Source of the DNA: Spirochaetaceae bacterium
GTDB taxonomy: Bacteria > Spirochaetota > Spirochaetia > DSM-27196 > SLAA01
Direction of reading: 5' to 3'
Assembly (NCBI GenBank): GCA_003556605.1
Contig: PWQX01000121.1
Location: forward strand, 1 to 58,744
Length of the DNA: 58,744 bases
Shown here: one piece after another, positions 38,027-46,874 of the stretch
Layout: every line of letters begins with the position of its first letter
How positions within the stretch are numbered: the stretch's first letter is position 1
Translations under genes and position numbers: made by a program
Notes under the pieces: generated by a model
What the model saw: only the letters and a program-made list of their open reading frames with translations
Database searches by the model: none
What the model was told of the DNA's origin: nothing

Positions 38027-39688
38027 ATGTCGACCGTCACTCCCACTCTCGATAACGGCAAGCGTTCTCGGCTGACCGGTGTAGTTAGCGCTTTCAAAGA
38101 CCCGACTACGATCATCGCGATCGTGGTGGTAACGATACCGCTGGCGGTTATGGTTCTGTATCCGGTTGTAAACGTTCTGGTGCAACCGGCGATCGAGCAC
38201 TGGCAGACCTTTTTTTCGCGGACGCGCTATCTCACGACTCTGCGTAACAGTCTCGTGATGGCGGCGCTTTCGACCGTGAGCGCCACCTTCGTGGGGTTCT
38301 GTTTCGCGTATGCGTTGAGCCGCCCGAATTTCCCCGGGAAGACCTTCTTCCGGGTCACGAGCATCCTGCCGCTGATATCACCGCCGTTTGTTGCGGGCCT
38401 GGCCTTAATACTTCTGCTGGGTCGACGCGGGATCATCACCCACGGTTTGTTGGGAGTCGATGTCTCGATGTACGGCTGGCACGGGTTATGGCTTGCGCAA
38501 ACCATGGCCTATTACCCGATCGCGGCAATGACCTTGTCGGGCGTTCTCAAGAGCCTCAATCCTACGCTCGAGTATGCTGCGCAAGACCTCGGGCAATCAC
38601 GCTGGGGCATCTTCAAGACGGTGGTGCTGCCGATGACGATTCCGGGAATCGCAGGCGCCGCTCTCCTGGTGTCCATGCTCTCCTTGAGCGATTTCGGCAA
38701 CCCGATGGTGATCGGCGGTCCGTTTCGAGTCATGGCCGTTGAGGCGTATGTTCAGGTTGTCGGAATGCAGAACTTGGGTATGGCCGCAGCGATCAGTGTG
38801 GTTCTGTTGGTACCGAGTCTGTTGTTCTTTCTGATTCAGCGCTACTGGGTCGGCCGGCGGCAATACACAAGTGTCTCCGGGAAAGGAGGGGGGCTTGATC
38901 CGATTGAGTTGCCTACGGCGGTCAAATGGGCTCTGTTTGCCTTTCTGAGCTTCGTCTCGTTGTTCGTGGTGGCAATCTTCGTCGTAATCGTATGGGGCGC
39001 TTTCGCGCGCACTTGGGGTTTTGACTGGAGTTTAACTCTGGATAACTTCGAGTTCACGTTTCTCGCTCGGCTCGGTCACATCTGGAACAGTGTTCGCTTT
39101 TCTTTGGCTGCCGGTTTTGGTACCGCCGTCTTTGCCGTCATAGCCGCCTATGTTCTCCTGCGCAAACGCTTCGTCGGGATGAAGGCGTTCGACTTTCTTG
39201 TGGTGCTACCGGCTGCGCTTCCGGGAACGCTGGTGGGAATTGCGTATATCTTCGCTTTCAACCGCCCTCCGCTGGTGTTAACCGGAACCGGTTTGATAAT
39301 CATTCTCAGCATGGCGATCCGCAACGTGCCGGTCGGTTATCGTACGGCGCTGGCCGGACTGCAGCAGATCGACATTTCAATCGAGGAGAGCGCGGCCGAC
39401 GGCGGAGCGAATACGTTTCAGATTCTCAAGGACATCACCCTGCCGCTTCTCAAGACGGCGTTCACCGTTACATTGGTGTACACCTTCGTCCGGTCGATGA
39501 ACACGGTTTCGGCGGTTGTGTTTCTCGTTGCGGCCGGAACGAACGTAGCGACAACCTCGATTCTCGGGCTTTCGGAGCACGGCTACTGGGGTGAGGCCGC
39601 CGCGATGGCGACGATTCTTATCGCGATAACGAGCTCGGTTGTGATCGCCTTCCGCGTTCTGGGCGGTAAGCGGCTGTTCGAACTGTAA
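38027..39688 (+). CDS. Fused two-domain ABC permease (FbpB/ThiP type)
   Basis: About 550 aa with 12 TM segments and two EAA-like loops (YAAQDLGQSRWGIFKTVVLP and ESAADGGANTFQILKDITLP). AGGAGG RBS before ATG 38027. Confidence 0.85.
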   Translation: MSTVTPTLDNGKRSRLTGVVSAFKDPTTIIAIVVVTIPLAVMVLYPVVNVLVQPAIEHWQTFFSRTRYLTTLRNSLVMAALSTVSATFVGFCFAYALSRPNFPGKTFFRVTSILPLISPPFVAGLALILLLGRRGIITHGLLGVDVSMYGWHGLWLAQTMAYYPIAAMTLSGVLKSLNPTLEYAAQDLGQSRWGIFKTVVLPMTIPGIAGAALLVSMLSLSDFGNPMVIGGPFRVMAVEAYVQVVGMQNLGMAAAISVVLLVPSLLFFLIQRYWVGRRQYTSVSGKGGGLDPIELPTAVKWALFAFLSFVSLFVVAIFVVIVWGAFARTWGFDWSLTLDNFEFTFLARLGHIWNSVRFSLAAGFGTAVFAVIAAYVLLRKRFVGMKAFDFLVVLPAALPGTLVGIAYIFAFNRPPLVLTGTGLIIILSMAIRNVPVGYRTALAGLQQIDISIEESAADGGANTFQILKDITLPLLKTAFTVTLVYTFVRSMNTVSAVVFLVAAGTNVATTSILGLSEHGYWGEAAAMATILIAITSSVVIAFRVLGGKRLFEL

Positions 39689-39703
39689 AGGAGGAAGGCC
39701 AGG

Positions 39704-40861
39704 GTGGCTGATTCGATCATTGTACCAGCACAGACACGGCAGCGCAGTGATGCCGGAACGCCGGGGTCCGCACACGTTGAGCTTAAGAATCTGTATAAGC
39801 ACTTCGGCGAGGTTGTCGCGGTAAACGATTTAACACTAACAATTGAACGCGGCAGCTTCACCTGTTTGCTCGGCCCGTCCGGCTGCGGCAAGACCACTAC
39901 GCTGCGCATGATTTCCGGTTTCATGGAGCCAACCTCGGGGGAGTTGCTGATCTCCGGCAAGTCCCAGCGGGGCATTCCGCCGCATCTGCGTAACACCTCA
40001 ATCGTGTTCCAAGAGTACGCGCTGTTCCCGCACATGACGGTGCGGCAGAACGTCGGGTATGGGCTCAAAGTTCACAAGACGCCCAAAGTCGAGCTTGAGA
40101 AGCGGGTCAACCGCATCCTGGATTTCATCGGTCTCACCGCGATGGCCGACCGCTCTCCCTCGTCGCTTTCCGGCGGGCAGCAGCAGCGGGTGGCGCTGGC
40201 GAGGTCGCTCGTGATGGAGCCCGAGGTATTGTTGATGGACGAGCCGTTGTCGAACCTCGATGCCAAACTGCGTGTCAAGGTGCGCACTGAGCTCAAGGAC
40301 ATTCAGCGGCGGTTGGGCATTACCACGGTCTACGTTACCCACGATCAAGAGGAAGCGTTGGCCATGTCCGACAAGATCGCGGTCATGAATGACGGGGTGC
40401 TGCAGCAGTATGGTACGCCGTGGGAGCTGTACTTCAAGCCGGACAACCGTTTTGTGGCCGACTTCATCGGAGCGAACGCGTTCGTCAGAGTTCGAATCAA
40501 ACAGTTGAGCGAGGCCAGTGTGCAGTTGGGAATCGGCGAGCAGTCGATCGAGCTGCCGCGTAAGACGGTTGCCATGGATGTCGAAAAGCAGGGCGCCGCC
40601 GCGATCCTAAGCCTACGCCCCGAGAGCATCCATATTAGTTCGGCAAAGGACGGCGACGAAGCGGCAGGCAACGGCAGCTGGAGGCTTGTCGGAACGGTTG
40701 CGATGCATCAATTCCTGGGAGCCTACGTGCGTTACTGGGTCCAAGTGGAAGGACAAGAAGTTATCATCGACGATCATAACCCGAAGGTGCGAGGAATACT
40801 CTCGGGCGAGGTCGTGCTGCGGCTCGGCGAGACGGAAGCACAGCTGTTTCCGGTGGAGTGA
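39704..40861 (+). CDS. ABC transporter ATP-binding protein (FbpC/PotA/MalK type with C-terminal regulatory domain)
   Basis: Walker A GPSGCGKTT, signature LSGGQQQR, Walker B LLMDEPLSNLD, and a TOBE-like tail. Confidence 0.9.
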   Translation: MADSIIVPAQTRQRSDAGTPGSAHVELKNLYKHFGEVVAVNDLTLTIERGSFTCLLGPSGCGKTTTLRMISGFMEPTSGELLISGKSQRGIPPHLRNTSIVFQEYALFPHMTVRQNVGYGLKVHKTPKVELEKRVNRILDFIGLTAMADRSPSSLSGGQQQRVALARSLVMEPEVLLMDEPLSNLDAKLRVKVRTELKDIQRRLGITTVYVTHDQEEALAMSDKIAVMNDGVLQQYGTPWELYFKPDNRFVADFIGANAFVRVRIKQLSEASVQLGIGEQSIELPRKTVAMDVEKQGAAAILSLRPESIHISSAKDGDEAAGNGSWRLVGTVAMHQFLGAYVRYWVQVEGQEVIIDDHNPKVRGILSGEVVLRLGETEAQLFPVE

Positions 40862-40896
40862 CCGCCCCCTCCCGCGCAAGAGAGACAACGCGGATG

Positions 40897-43194
40897 TTAG
40901 CTAAACTGCAGTGCTCCGAGATGCAGGCGTCCGGAGTGCCGCGGGTCGAGTCGCAGGGTAACGCGGCGTATTGATGTCGGGTCAATCGGCCCTGGGCTGA
41001 ACTCGACGAGGCGGATGAAGTACGGCAGCAAGAGTGGTTCCGACGGCTGCAGGAGCGCGCGCTCAATGGCGCCGAACTTCGTAAACTGAACCGGTAACGG
41101 TGGTGTGAGCGCAAGGGGGCGGCGGTGAAGTTGCGCGCCGCCGTGCTCAGAGCGGGTTTCAATCTCGATCTCGAGCTCAAGCAGGGGTAGGCCGTGCTGA
41201 GTGCGCGTATGCTGCCGGAGATCAGCGATCGGGAAGACCAGCGCGGAGGCACCGGCCGGAACCTCGGCGGGGTAGAGATGATAGGCGGGCGCCTCAGCGG
41301 CGCCGCTTGCTGTTTTGCCGGCTTCAGCCTGCGCCGGAGGGCTGCTGTGGGCAGGCGCGGCGGCCTCCCACGCGAGCTCGGTTACCTGTATCGGGAACTC
41401 AACGAACCGCGTACGCGAGTGGTGCCGGCGCTTGCGCCATACGGTTATGCCTGCGGCATCGGTCGTGTAGAGCGGCGATTGCAGCAGCGTGTCAGCATAT
41501 AGAATGCGGGCGTGCTGCGGTGTGGGGCGTAAGAGCTCGGTCTGTTGCGGCGCTTCTTCCCGGTTTGAGTCTCGCTGCATCGCGGCGTTCGGCTCCCGGA
41601 ACACCTTACGCGCCGCGCGCTCCTCTCTGAGGCCCGCCTCGAGAAAGGCGCTGATATACCGGGCGGCGTGCTGTTGCTGTTCGCTGTCCTGCATGACCGG
41701 CGCGGTGTTGAGAAGGTACCCCAATGGGAACGAGAGATCCGTGCGTTTCCAGCGGCTGTTAAACTGCCCGTGATTTGCGCGGTAAAGATATACTGCAGCC
41801 TTGAAGCGTTCGCCGGCGCCGCCGATCTTGGAATCACCGGCACTGCGGTTGCTGAACTCTGTGCGGTAGTATTGACCGAGGCCGATGAACACGAACGCAT
41901 CGCCGTCGTGCCCGCCGTGCAGCACGAGGTAATCGGTGTCGCTCAGTCGTATTGACTCTCCGCCGGGACGATACAACCCGTCGCTCGGCGAGATCGCGAT
42001 TACACTGCGTATGCTGTGACCTCCGGAGATGCGGCGGGCAGCATGTTCCGGAAAGCGCGTCATACGGTTGAGCATCGCCGCAGCGGCGGCCGCCTCACCG
42101 CCGCGCGAATGCCCTCCGAGGGCGATGCGGTCGAGGTCAACCCGCCCGTAGAATCGATTCTCCGGCGTCTCGTTCCAGGCACTCCACAGTTCCAGATGCT
42201 CTAGAGTGAGTATGGCCCGTGCGCCGATCTCATCTCCGCGCCAATCGCCCCCCAAGGCTGACATGTTCAGGTAGTTGTGATCGATTGATGCGACGATGTA
42301 ACCGCGCGAGGCGAGCAGCACGCCCAGATAGGCGTAGCCGGGCTCCGACGAGCGTTCCATCGCGTGGTTGCCGTGCGCAATCACGAAAAGCGGAAACGGC
42401 CCCTCACCGTCGGGGTACCAGACCATGCCGTTAAGGGGCGCCTCCTGCAGGGTAAAGCCCCAGTAGGCATCTCGATAACGCCGGCGCAAGGTATTGAGCC
42501 GCGGGAGCAGCCCGGAGAGGTCAACGGTGGGCGTGAGGATATCGGCATCGGCTCGGTAGCGGGCGCGCCGATAATCGGTGCCGCTTCCGTACGAGAGTGT
42601 ACGTACATCGTATGGGCCCGAAGCGGAGAACTTCGACTCCGGAGCGGGCGCCGCGCCGCGGTACCGCTCGGGGAGGTGTTCATTGTTGCCCGGAGCGAGA
42701 GCAGCCAGAGAGAGCCACCATACCGCCGTGACCGCAAGCGCGGCCCACAGCACCGCAGTGATTCGTGCACGCGCGGAAGCCGGTCGGAAAAATACGCCGA
42801 CCAGCTGTCCCAACGCCGAGCCGATCAGGATCGAGATCGGCGTCACTGTGACTACCGCCGCCACTACAGCCGGGATCGGCCGGCTGTACACAAGCATCAT
42901 TCCGGTCAGCGTGATGGCGGTAGCGCCGGCTGTTGCAGCCACCGGCGCGGGGCCACGGCGTATCAGGGCGATGAGCGGCGACAGCATTGTCCAGCTCACC
43001 ACTGCGAGGAGCGCCGCGCCGGCAAAGGTAGCGGTGATCACCACGATCGGGCGCGGGACGGTGAGAGCCGGCACCAACAGCACCACGAAGGCGCCCACGG
43101 ACAGAGCTGCCGTCAGAATGGCGCCCCACTCGCCCGCGGTCTCCGGCAAAGCGAGACGGCGGTGCCGGAAATAACGAGAACCAGATTTCCTCAT
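40897..43194 (-). CDS. Membrane-anchored alpha/beta-hydrolase (PAF-acetylhydrolase/chlorophyllase-like core)
   Basis: 765 aa. The N-terminal ~160 aa have 5-6 TM helices. The hydrolase core shows LFVIAHGNH and the nucleophile elbow GGHSRGG. The C-terminal ~250 aa are unassigned. Confidence 0.7.
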   Translation of the reverse strand: MRKSGSRYFRHRRLALPETAGEWGAILTAALSVGAFVVLLVPALTVPRPIVVITATFAGAALLAVVSWTMLSPLIALIRRGPAPVAATAGATAITLTGMMLVYSRPIPAVVAAVVTVTPISILIGSALGQLVGVFFRPASARARITAVLWAALAVTAVWWLSLAALAPGNNEHLPERYRGAAPAPESKFSASGPYDVRTLSYGSGTDYRRARYRADADILTPTVDLSGLLPRLNTLRRRYRDAYWGFTLQEAPLNGMVWYPDGEGPFPLFVIAHGNHAMERSSEPGYAYLGVLLASRGYIVASIDHNYLNMSALGGDWRGDEIGARAILTLEHLELWSAWNETPENRFYGRVDLDRIALGGHSRGGEAAAAAAMLNRMTRFPEHAARRISGGHSIRSVIAISPSDGLYRPGGESIRLSDTDYLVLHGGHDGDAFVFIGLGQYYRTEFSNRSAGDSKIGGAGERFKAAVYLYRANHGQFNSRWKRTDLSFPLGYLLNTAPVMQDSEQQQHAARYISAFLEAGLREERAARKVFREPNAAMQRDSNREEAPQQTELLRPTPQHARILYADTLLQSPLYTTDAAGITVWRKRRHHSRTRFVEFPIQVTELAWEAAAPAHSSPPAQAEAGKTASGAAEAPAYHLYPAEVPAGASALVFPIADLRQHTRTQHGLPLLELEIEIETRSEHGGAQLHRRPLALTPPLPVQFTKFGAIERALLQPSEPLLLPYFIRLVEFSPGPIDPTSIRRVTLRLDPRHSGRLHLGALQFS

Positions 43195-43493
43195 TGATGT
43201 CCCCCCGCAAATTATCGACAGGTATCGCCATTATACGGTAGCGCTCCCTGCGAGAGGACCGTACCGCCCCCTGTCGGGCCATGAATCTGCTGGTCTAATC
43301 AAGACTAGAGCGACCGCTGTGTAGCAACTGCAGATACCGCTCGTTTCCCATCATAGGCGTGCACATGTGCCGCTGTCAAATCAGGAGTCCACCCGGTGCG
43401 CCATTGGTTCGCATTCGGCACATTCTCGGAGTACGCGTCGGTCTCGACTAGGACCGTTTACTATGGCGGAAGACGGGACGAACGGAAACTATC

Positions 43494-43522
43494 TGCGCAC
43501 ACGCACAGACCGGGTGTATAAT
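43494..43522 (+). promoter_or_regulatory. Putative sigma70-type promoter for the formamidase-family gene
   Basis: Consensus -10 TATAAT at 43517-43522, 50 nt upstream of the ATG. The -35 is weak (TGCGCA) at 17-nt spacing. Confidence 0.35.
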
Positions 43523-43571
43523 TGTGATGTCAATACTCCTCATAATTTGTCGATTGAGGGAGGGTTTACGT

Positions 43572-44879
43572 ATGCAAGGCCAAGAGACTGTGTTAGTGCA
43601 TGAGTTTGTCAATGGTGTGTTAGATCCGAAAGAGGCAATGCTTGGCCCGGTTAAGGACGGCGGCCATATTATCGCGAACACAACGCCGGGTTGTTGGGGG
43701 CCGATGATTACCCCGTGTCTGCGAGGGGGACACGAAGTGACGAAGCCGGTATACGTGGAGGGAGCCGAAGTGGGTGACACGATTGCGATCAGGATCAAAT
43801 CAATTCGCGTCACCTCGATTGCAACCGCCTCCGGAAACGACGCGCCGGTCGAGGGACGATTCTTAGGTGACCCGTTCGTGGCGGTGAAGTGCCCGGAGTG
43901 CGGCACGATGTACCCGGACACCGTCATCAAAGGGGTTGGGCAAGAGGCGATTCGCTGCGCTGTCTGCGGCGCCGATGTCACACCCTTCCGTTTTACCAAC
44001 GGCTACACTATGGCGTTTGATGGCCGCAAGAACGTCGGTATTACCCTTGATCAAAGCGGTGCCGAAAAGGTGGCTCGTGAGGGGAGAAGCTACATGGCGA
44101 CCCCTGAACACTCGGTGCAGAATCCGATCGTGACATTTGCTCCCCATGATCTCGTTGGTATGGCCGCACGGCTCCGGTCGTTTCTCGGTCAGCTTGGGAC
44201 AACTCCGGCGCGCCCGTTCCCGGATTCACACAACGCCGGCGATTTCGGCACGTTCCTCGTCGACGCTCCCCACGAGTATGCACTCACGAAAGAACAGCTC
44301 GCAGAGCGGACGGATGGGCACATGGACATCAACCGGGCCCGCGAAGGAGCTTTCGTACTGTGTCCCGTAAAGGTTCCCGGCGGGGGCGTGTATCTCGGTG
44401 ATATGCATGCTATGCAAGGCGACGGGGAGATCGCCGGCCATACGACCGATGTCGCCGGGATCGTGACCTTGCAGGTGGAAGTAATCAAAGGACTCAAGAT
44501 CGAGGGCCCAATCCTTCTTCCTGTCGCAGAAGACCTGCCACATCTCGCGAAGCCCTTCTCGAAACAAGAGCGGGAGTACGCCGTACGGCTCGCGAACGAG
44601 TGGAACATGAAGGAAACCACGATAGAGAAGTCCTTGCCGCTGTCGTTTGTGGGAACAGGGGCGACGCTGAATGAGGCGACGGCAAACGGCGTGGAACGCG
44701 CCGCTGCGCTCCTCGGCGTCTCAGTTCCGGAGGTCATGAATAGAGCAACGGTCACCGGCGCTATCGAAATCGGCCGCAATCCGGGTGTAGTTACCGTCAC
44801 CTTTCTGGTGCCGATCGGCGTGCTCGAGAAACTGAAGCTCGATCAATACGCCATCGAGCAATATGGTCTGCCGGCGTAG
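43572..44879 (+). CDS. Acetamidase/formamidase-family amidohydrolase with inserted zinc-ribbon
   Basis: N-terminal family signature (PGCWGPMITP...GGHEVTKPVYVEGAEVGDTIAIRI), later GDMHAMQGDGEIAG. CPEC...CAVC insert. GAGGGAGG RBS before ATG 43572. Confidence 0.7.
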   Translation: MQGQETVLVHEFVNGVLDPKEAMLGPVKDGGHIIANTTPGCWGPMITPCLRGGHEVTKPVYVEGAEVGDTIAIRIKSIRVTSIATASGNDAPVEGRFLGDPFVAVKCPECGTMYPDTVIKGVGQEAIRCAVCGADVTPFRFTNGYTMAFDGRKNVGITLDQSGAEKVAREGRSYMATPEHSVQNPIVTFAPHDLVGMAARLRSFLGQLGTTPARPFPDSHNAGDFGTFLVDAPHEYALTKEQLAERTDGHMDINRAREGAFVLCPVKVPGGGVYLGDMHAMQGDGEIAGHTTDVAGIVTLQVEVIKGLKIEGPILLPVAEDLPHLAKPFSKQEREYAVRLANEWNMKETTIEKSLPLSFVGTGATLNEATANGVERAAALLGVSVPEVMNRATVTGAIEIGRNPGVVTVTFLVPIGVLEKLKLDQYAIEQYGLPA

Positions 44880-44902
44880 CTCTTCGCAGCTGTAACGGAG
44901 TT

Positions 44903-44935
44903 TCGTCGCCGGCGCCGGCTATGCGCCGGCGACGA
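44903..44935. terminator. Perfect 13-bp GC-rich hairpin at the convergent formamidase/asd junction
   Basis: TCGTCGCCGGCGC (44903-44915) and GCGCCGGCGACGA (44923-44935) are exact reverse complements with a 7-nt loop. The asd stop codon lies in the loop. There is no U-tract, so terminator function is uncertain. Confidence 0.4.
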
Positions 44936-46016
44936 CGGGCTGCCGGTGCTCGTCTGCAGCAGCACGCGTAAAACGGCCACCCGACAGGTAACCCCACGCT
45001 ACGAGCGCCTCCGCGTTTAGAATCGCCGCCCCGGCCGCACCGCGGATGGTATTGTGTCCGAGAACCACCATGCGGACATCGAACACCGGGCAAGGGCGCA
45101 GGCGCCCGATCAGCGTCGCCATACCGCCCTCGATCTCGAGGTCGCGAGCCGGCTGTGGCCGGTCGGGAGCGTCGAATACCCACAGCGGTTGGCGCGGCGC
45201 CGATGGAAGGGACACCTCTTGAGGGAATCCGGTATAGCTTTCCAGGACCTCGCGCACGGTCTCGAGATCCGGCCGCGAATCAAGTTTCACCGAAAGCGTC
45301 TCGGTGTGGCCGTCGATGACCGGTACGCGCGTACACTGGGCGCCGATCTGCATCGTTGCCGGTACTACGCGCTCGCCGTCGAAAGCTCCGAGTATCTTCA
45401 GAGTTTCGGTCTCGAGCTTCTCTTCTTCGCCTCGAATGTGGGGAATAACGTTGCCGATGATATCTGTTGCTGATAGACCCGGGTATCCGGCGCCGGAGAT
45501 CGCCTGTAGCGTGCTGACCTGTACGGCTTGTACGCCGAACGCACGCTGGAGCGGCGCCAGGGTCATCGCGAGAAAAATTGTCGAGCAGTTTGGGTTAGTA
45601 ACGAGCGCGCCGCTGTGCGGCTGCCGGTCTATCAGTGCAAGATGGTCGGCGTTAATCTCGGGTATCACGAGAGGAACGCTGGGGTCCATGCGGTGGTTTT
45701 TCGCGTTGCTGATGACCACGTGGCCCGCCTCAGCGTAGCGCTGCTCAACCTCGCCGGCGATTGCGGAGTCGAGCCCCGAGAACAGCACAACGCTCTCCAG
45801 TGGTTCGTCGGTTGATTTCACGCGCAACTCGGCTACCGATTCGGGGATCGGTGTCTTTTGAATCCAGTTTGCGGCCTCGCGGTACGGCTTATCAGCCGAT
45901 CGTGTCGATGCCACAAGCTCATGGACTTGAAAATACGGGTGGTGCTGCAGCAAGGCGATGAACTTCTGCCCCACAGCACCGGTTGCGCCGAGCACGGCAA
46001 CCTTGATGTTCTCCAT
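44919..46016 (-). CDS. asd: Aspartate-semialdehyde dehydrogenase
   Basis: VAVLGATGAVGQKF Rossmann motif, active-site NPNCSTI, and VPVIDGHTE. Start at MENIKV (ATG 46016) preceded by GGAGG. Confidence 0.9.
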   Translation of the reverse strand: MENIKVAVLGATGAVGQKFIALLQHHPYFQVHELVASTRSADKPYREAANWIQKTPIPESVAELRVKSTDEPLESVVLFSGLDSAIAGEVEQRYAEAGHVVISNAKNHRMDPSVPLVIPEINADHLALIDRQPHSGALVTNPNCSTIFLAMTLAPLQRAFGVQAVQVSTLQAISGAGYPGLSATDIIGNVIPHIRGEEEKLETETLKILGAFDGERVVPATMQIGAQCTRVPVIDGHTETLSVKLDSRPDLETVREVLESYTGFPQEVSLPSAPRQPLWVFDAPDRPQPARDLEIEGGMATLIGRLRPCPVFDVRMVVLGHNTIRGAAGAAILNAEALVAWGYLSGGRFTRAAADEHRQPVVAGA

Positions 46017-46107
46017 ACCAGACCTCCAGAGAAGAGTCTTTTGGATCATTGTGTATGGAGGAGGTGACGTTGATTCGCTTCCACGGGAGTAACGCAGGAA
46101 GGAAACC

Positions 46108-46269
46108 AATAGCACTCCACCGTTGTGGTGACAGCCCCTGGGATTTAGCCCAGGCGACCAAGCTTCGGCCCTCAGGAAGACCTTTGCCTTCGGCGAAACT
46201 CCCTTTCACGCAGGGTTATCGGGCTCCTGAGCCCTTTCCCGCGCTACTGATGACCTTCGCGCCTCTATT
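46108..46269 (-). promoter_or_regulatory. Lysine riboswitch (L-box) in the asd leader
   Basis: The minus-strand RNA reads AAUAGAGGCGCGAAGG...CAGUAGCG...GUGAAAGGGAGUUUCGCCGAAGG...GGGGCUGUCACC...GGAGUGCUAUU. This matches the conserved L-box blocks (AGAGGYGCGAA, AGUA, UGAAAGGGRAG..UCGCCGAAG, GGCUGUCA). P1 closes by AAUAG/CUAUU pairing. Confidence 0.85.
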
Positions 46270-46290
46270 GATCCAAATTTGTAACCCGTA

Positions 46291-46320
46291 ATTAATAGCA
46301 AATCCCGTGCTAGAAGTCAA
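46291..46320 (-). promoter_or_regulatory. Sigma70-type promoter for riboswitch-asd
   Basis: Minus-strand TTGACT (46320-46315), a 17-nt spacer, then TATTAAT (46297-46291). About 20 nt upstream of riboswitch P1. Confidence 0.55.
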
Positions 46321-46474
46321 GCACATTTGTGCATGAAAATTACGCCGAACCGTAAGAGTATTCATTCGCCCGGGTCGGAGCGCCGCGATCGGGCACGGTC
46401 GCCGCCCCATCGGTCATACGCAGCGCGGAAAGCATGCAGACAAGCTTCTCTTTTACTCTGCGCAGCGTGAGTGC

Positions 46475-46834
46475 TTACGTGTTCATTACGCGGTTGATGA
46501 TTGCATCGAGGTTCCGCGGGGGGTCAACCCCTTCGGCCTTTAGTCCGGCAATCACCGCTTCTTTGATATCCGCTCGCGATACGTTTTGGTTCGCCTGCGC
46601 TGAGGCGGGTGAGTACGTACTGCCCGGGCCGCCCCTCGAGGCCTGTTCGGTCTCCTCGCGCACCGGCGGGGAGATCGGCGCCGCCTCCGGCGCATGATAG
46701 ATGCGTACACCCAACTCGCGCGCGCGTTCGCGCGCAATGTCGGTTACCACTACGTCATCGTTCGCCGGCAGCTCGGTTATGCCCTGGACACAGTACAACT
46801 CAACCTCGCGTGCTGTGATGAACTGTTTCGCCAT
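46475..46834 (-). CDS. Hypothetical Eut-operon protein (119 aa): EutQ-N-terminal-like module plus amphipathic C-terminus
   Basis: Last gene of the eut operon, 40 nt after the BMC-T gene. N-terminus FITAREVELY...DDVVVTDIARERARELGVRIY resembles the N-termini of EutQ and the adenosyltransferase. A Pro/Ala/Ser linker follows, then a C-terminus ADIKEAVIAGLKAEG...NLDAIINRVMNT. Confidence 0.55.
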   Translation of the reverse strand: MAKQFITAREVELYCVQGITELPANDDVVVTDIARERARELGVRIYHAPEAAPISPPVREETEQASRGGPGSTYSPASAQANQNVSRADIKEAVIAGLKAEGVDPPRNLDAIINRVMNT

Positions 46835-46874
46835 CGGTTCCCTCCTCCCGTCTTGCGGCGCTGTCGTTACACGC

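Noticed and set aside
43495-43571. CACGCACAG, reminiscent of the c-di-GMP-I (GEMM) riboswitch 5' block, in the formamidase leader.
   Set aside because: The following conserved GGCAAACC...GACGCAAAGCC elements are missing. The sequence is better explained as promoter spacer plus a TATAAT -10.
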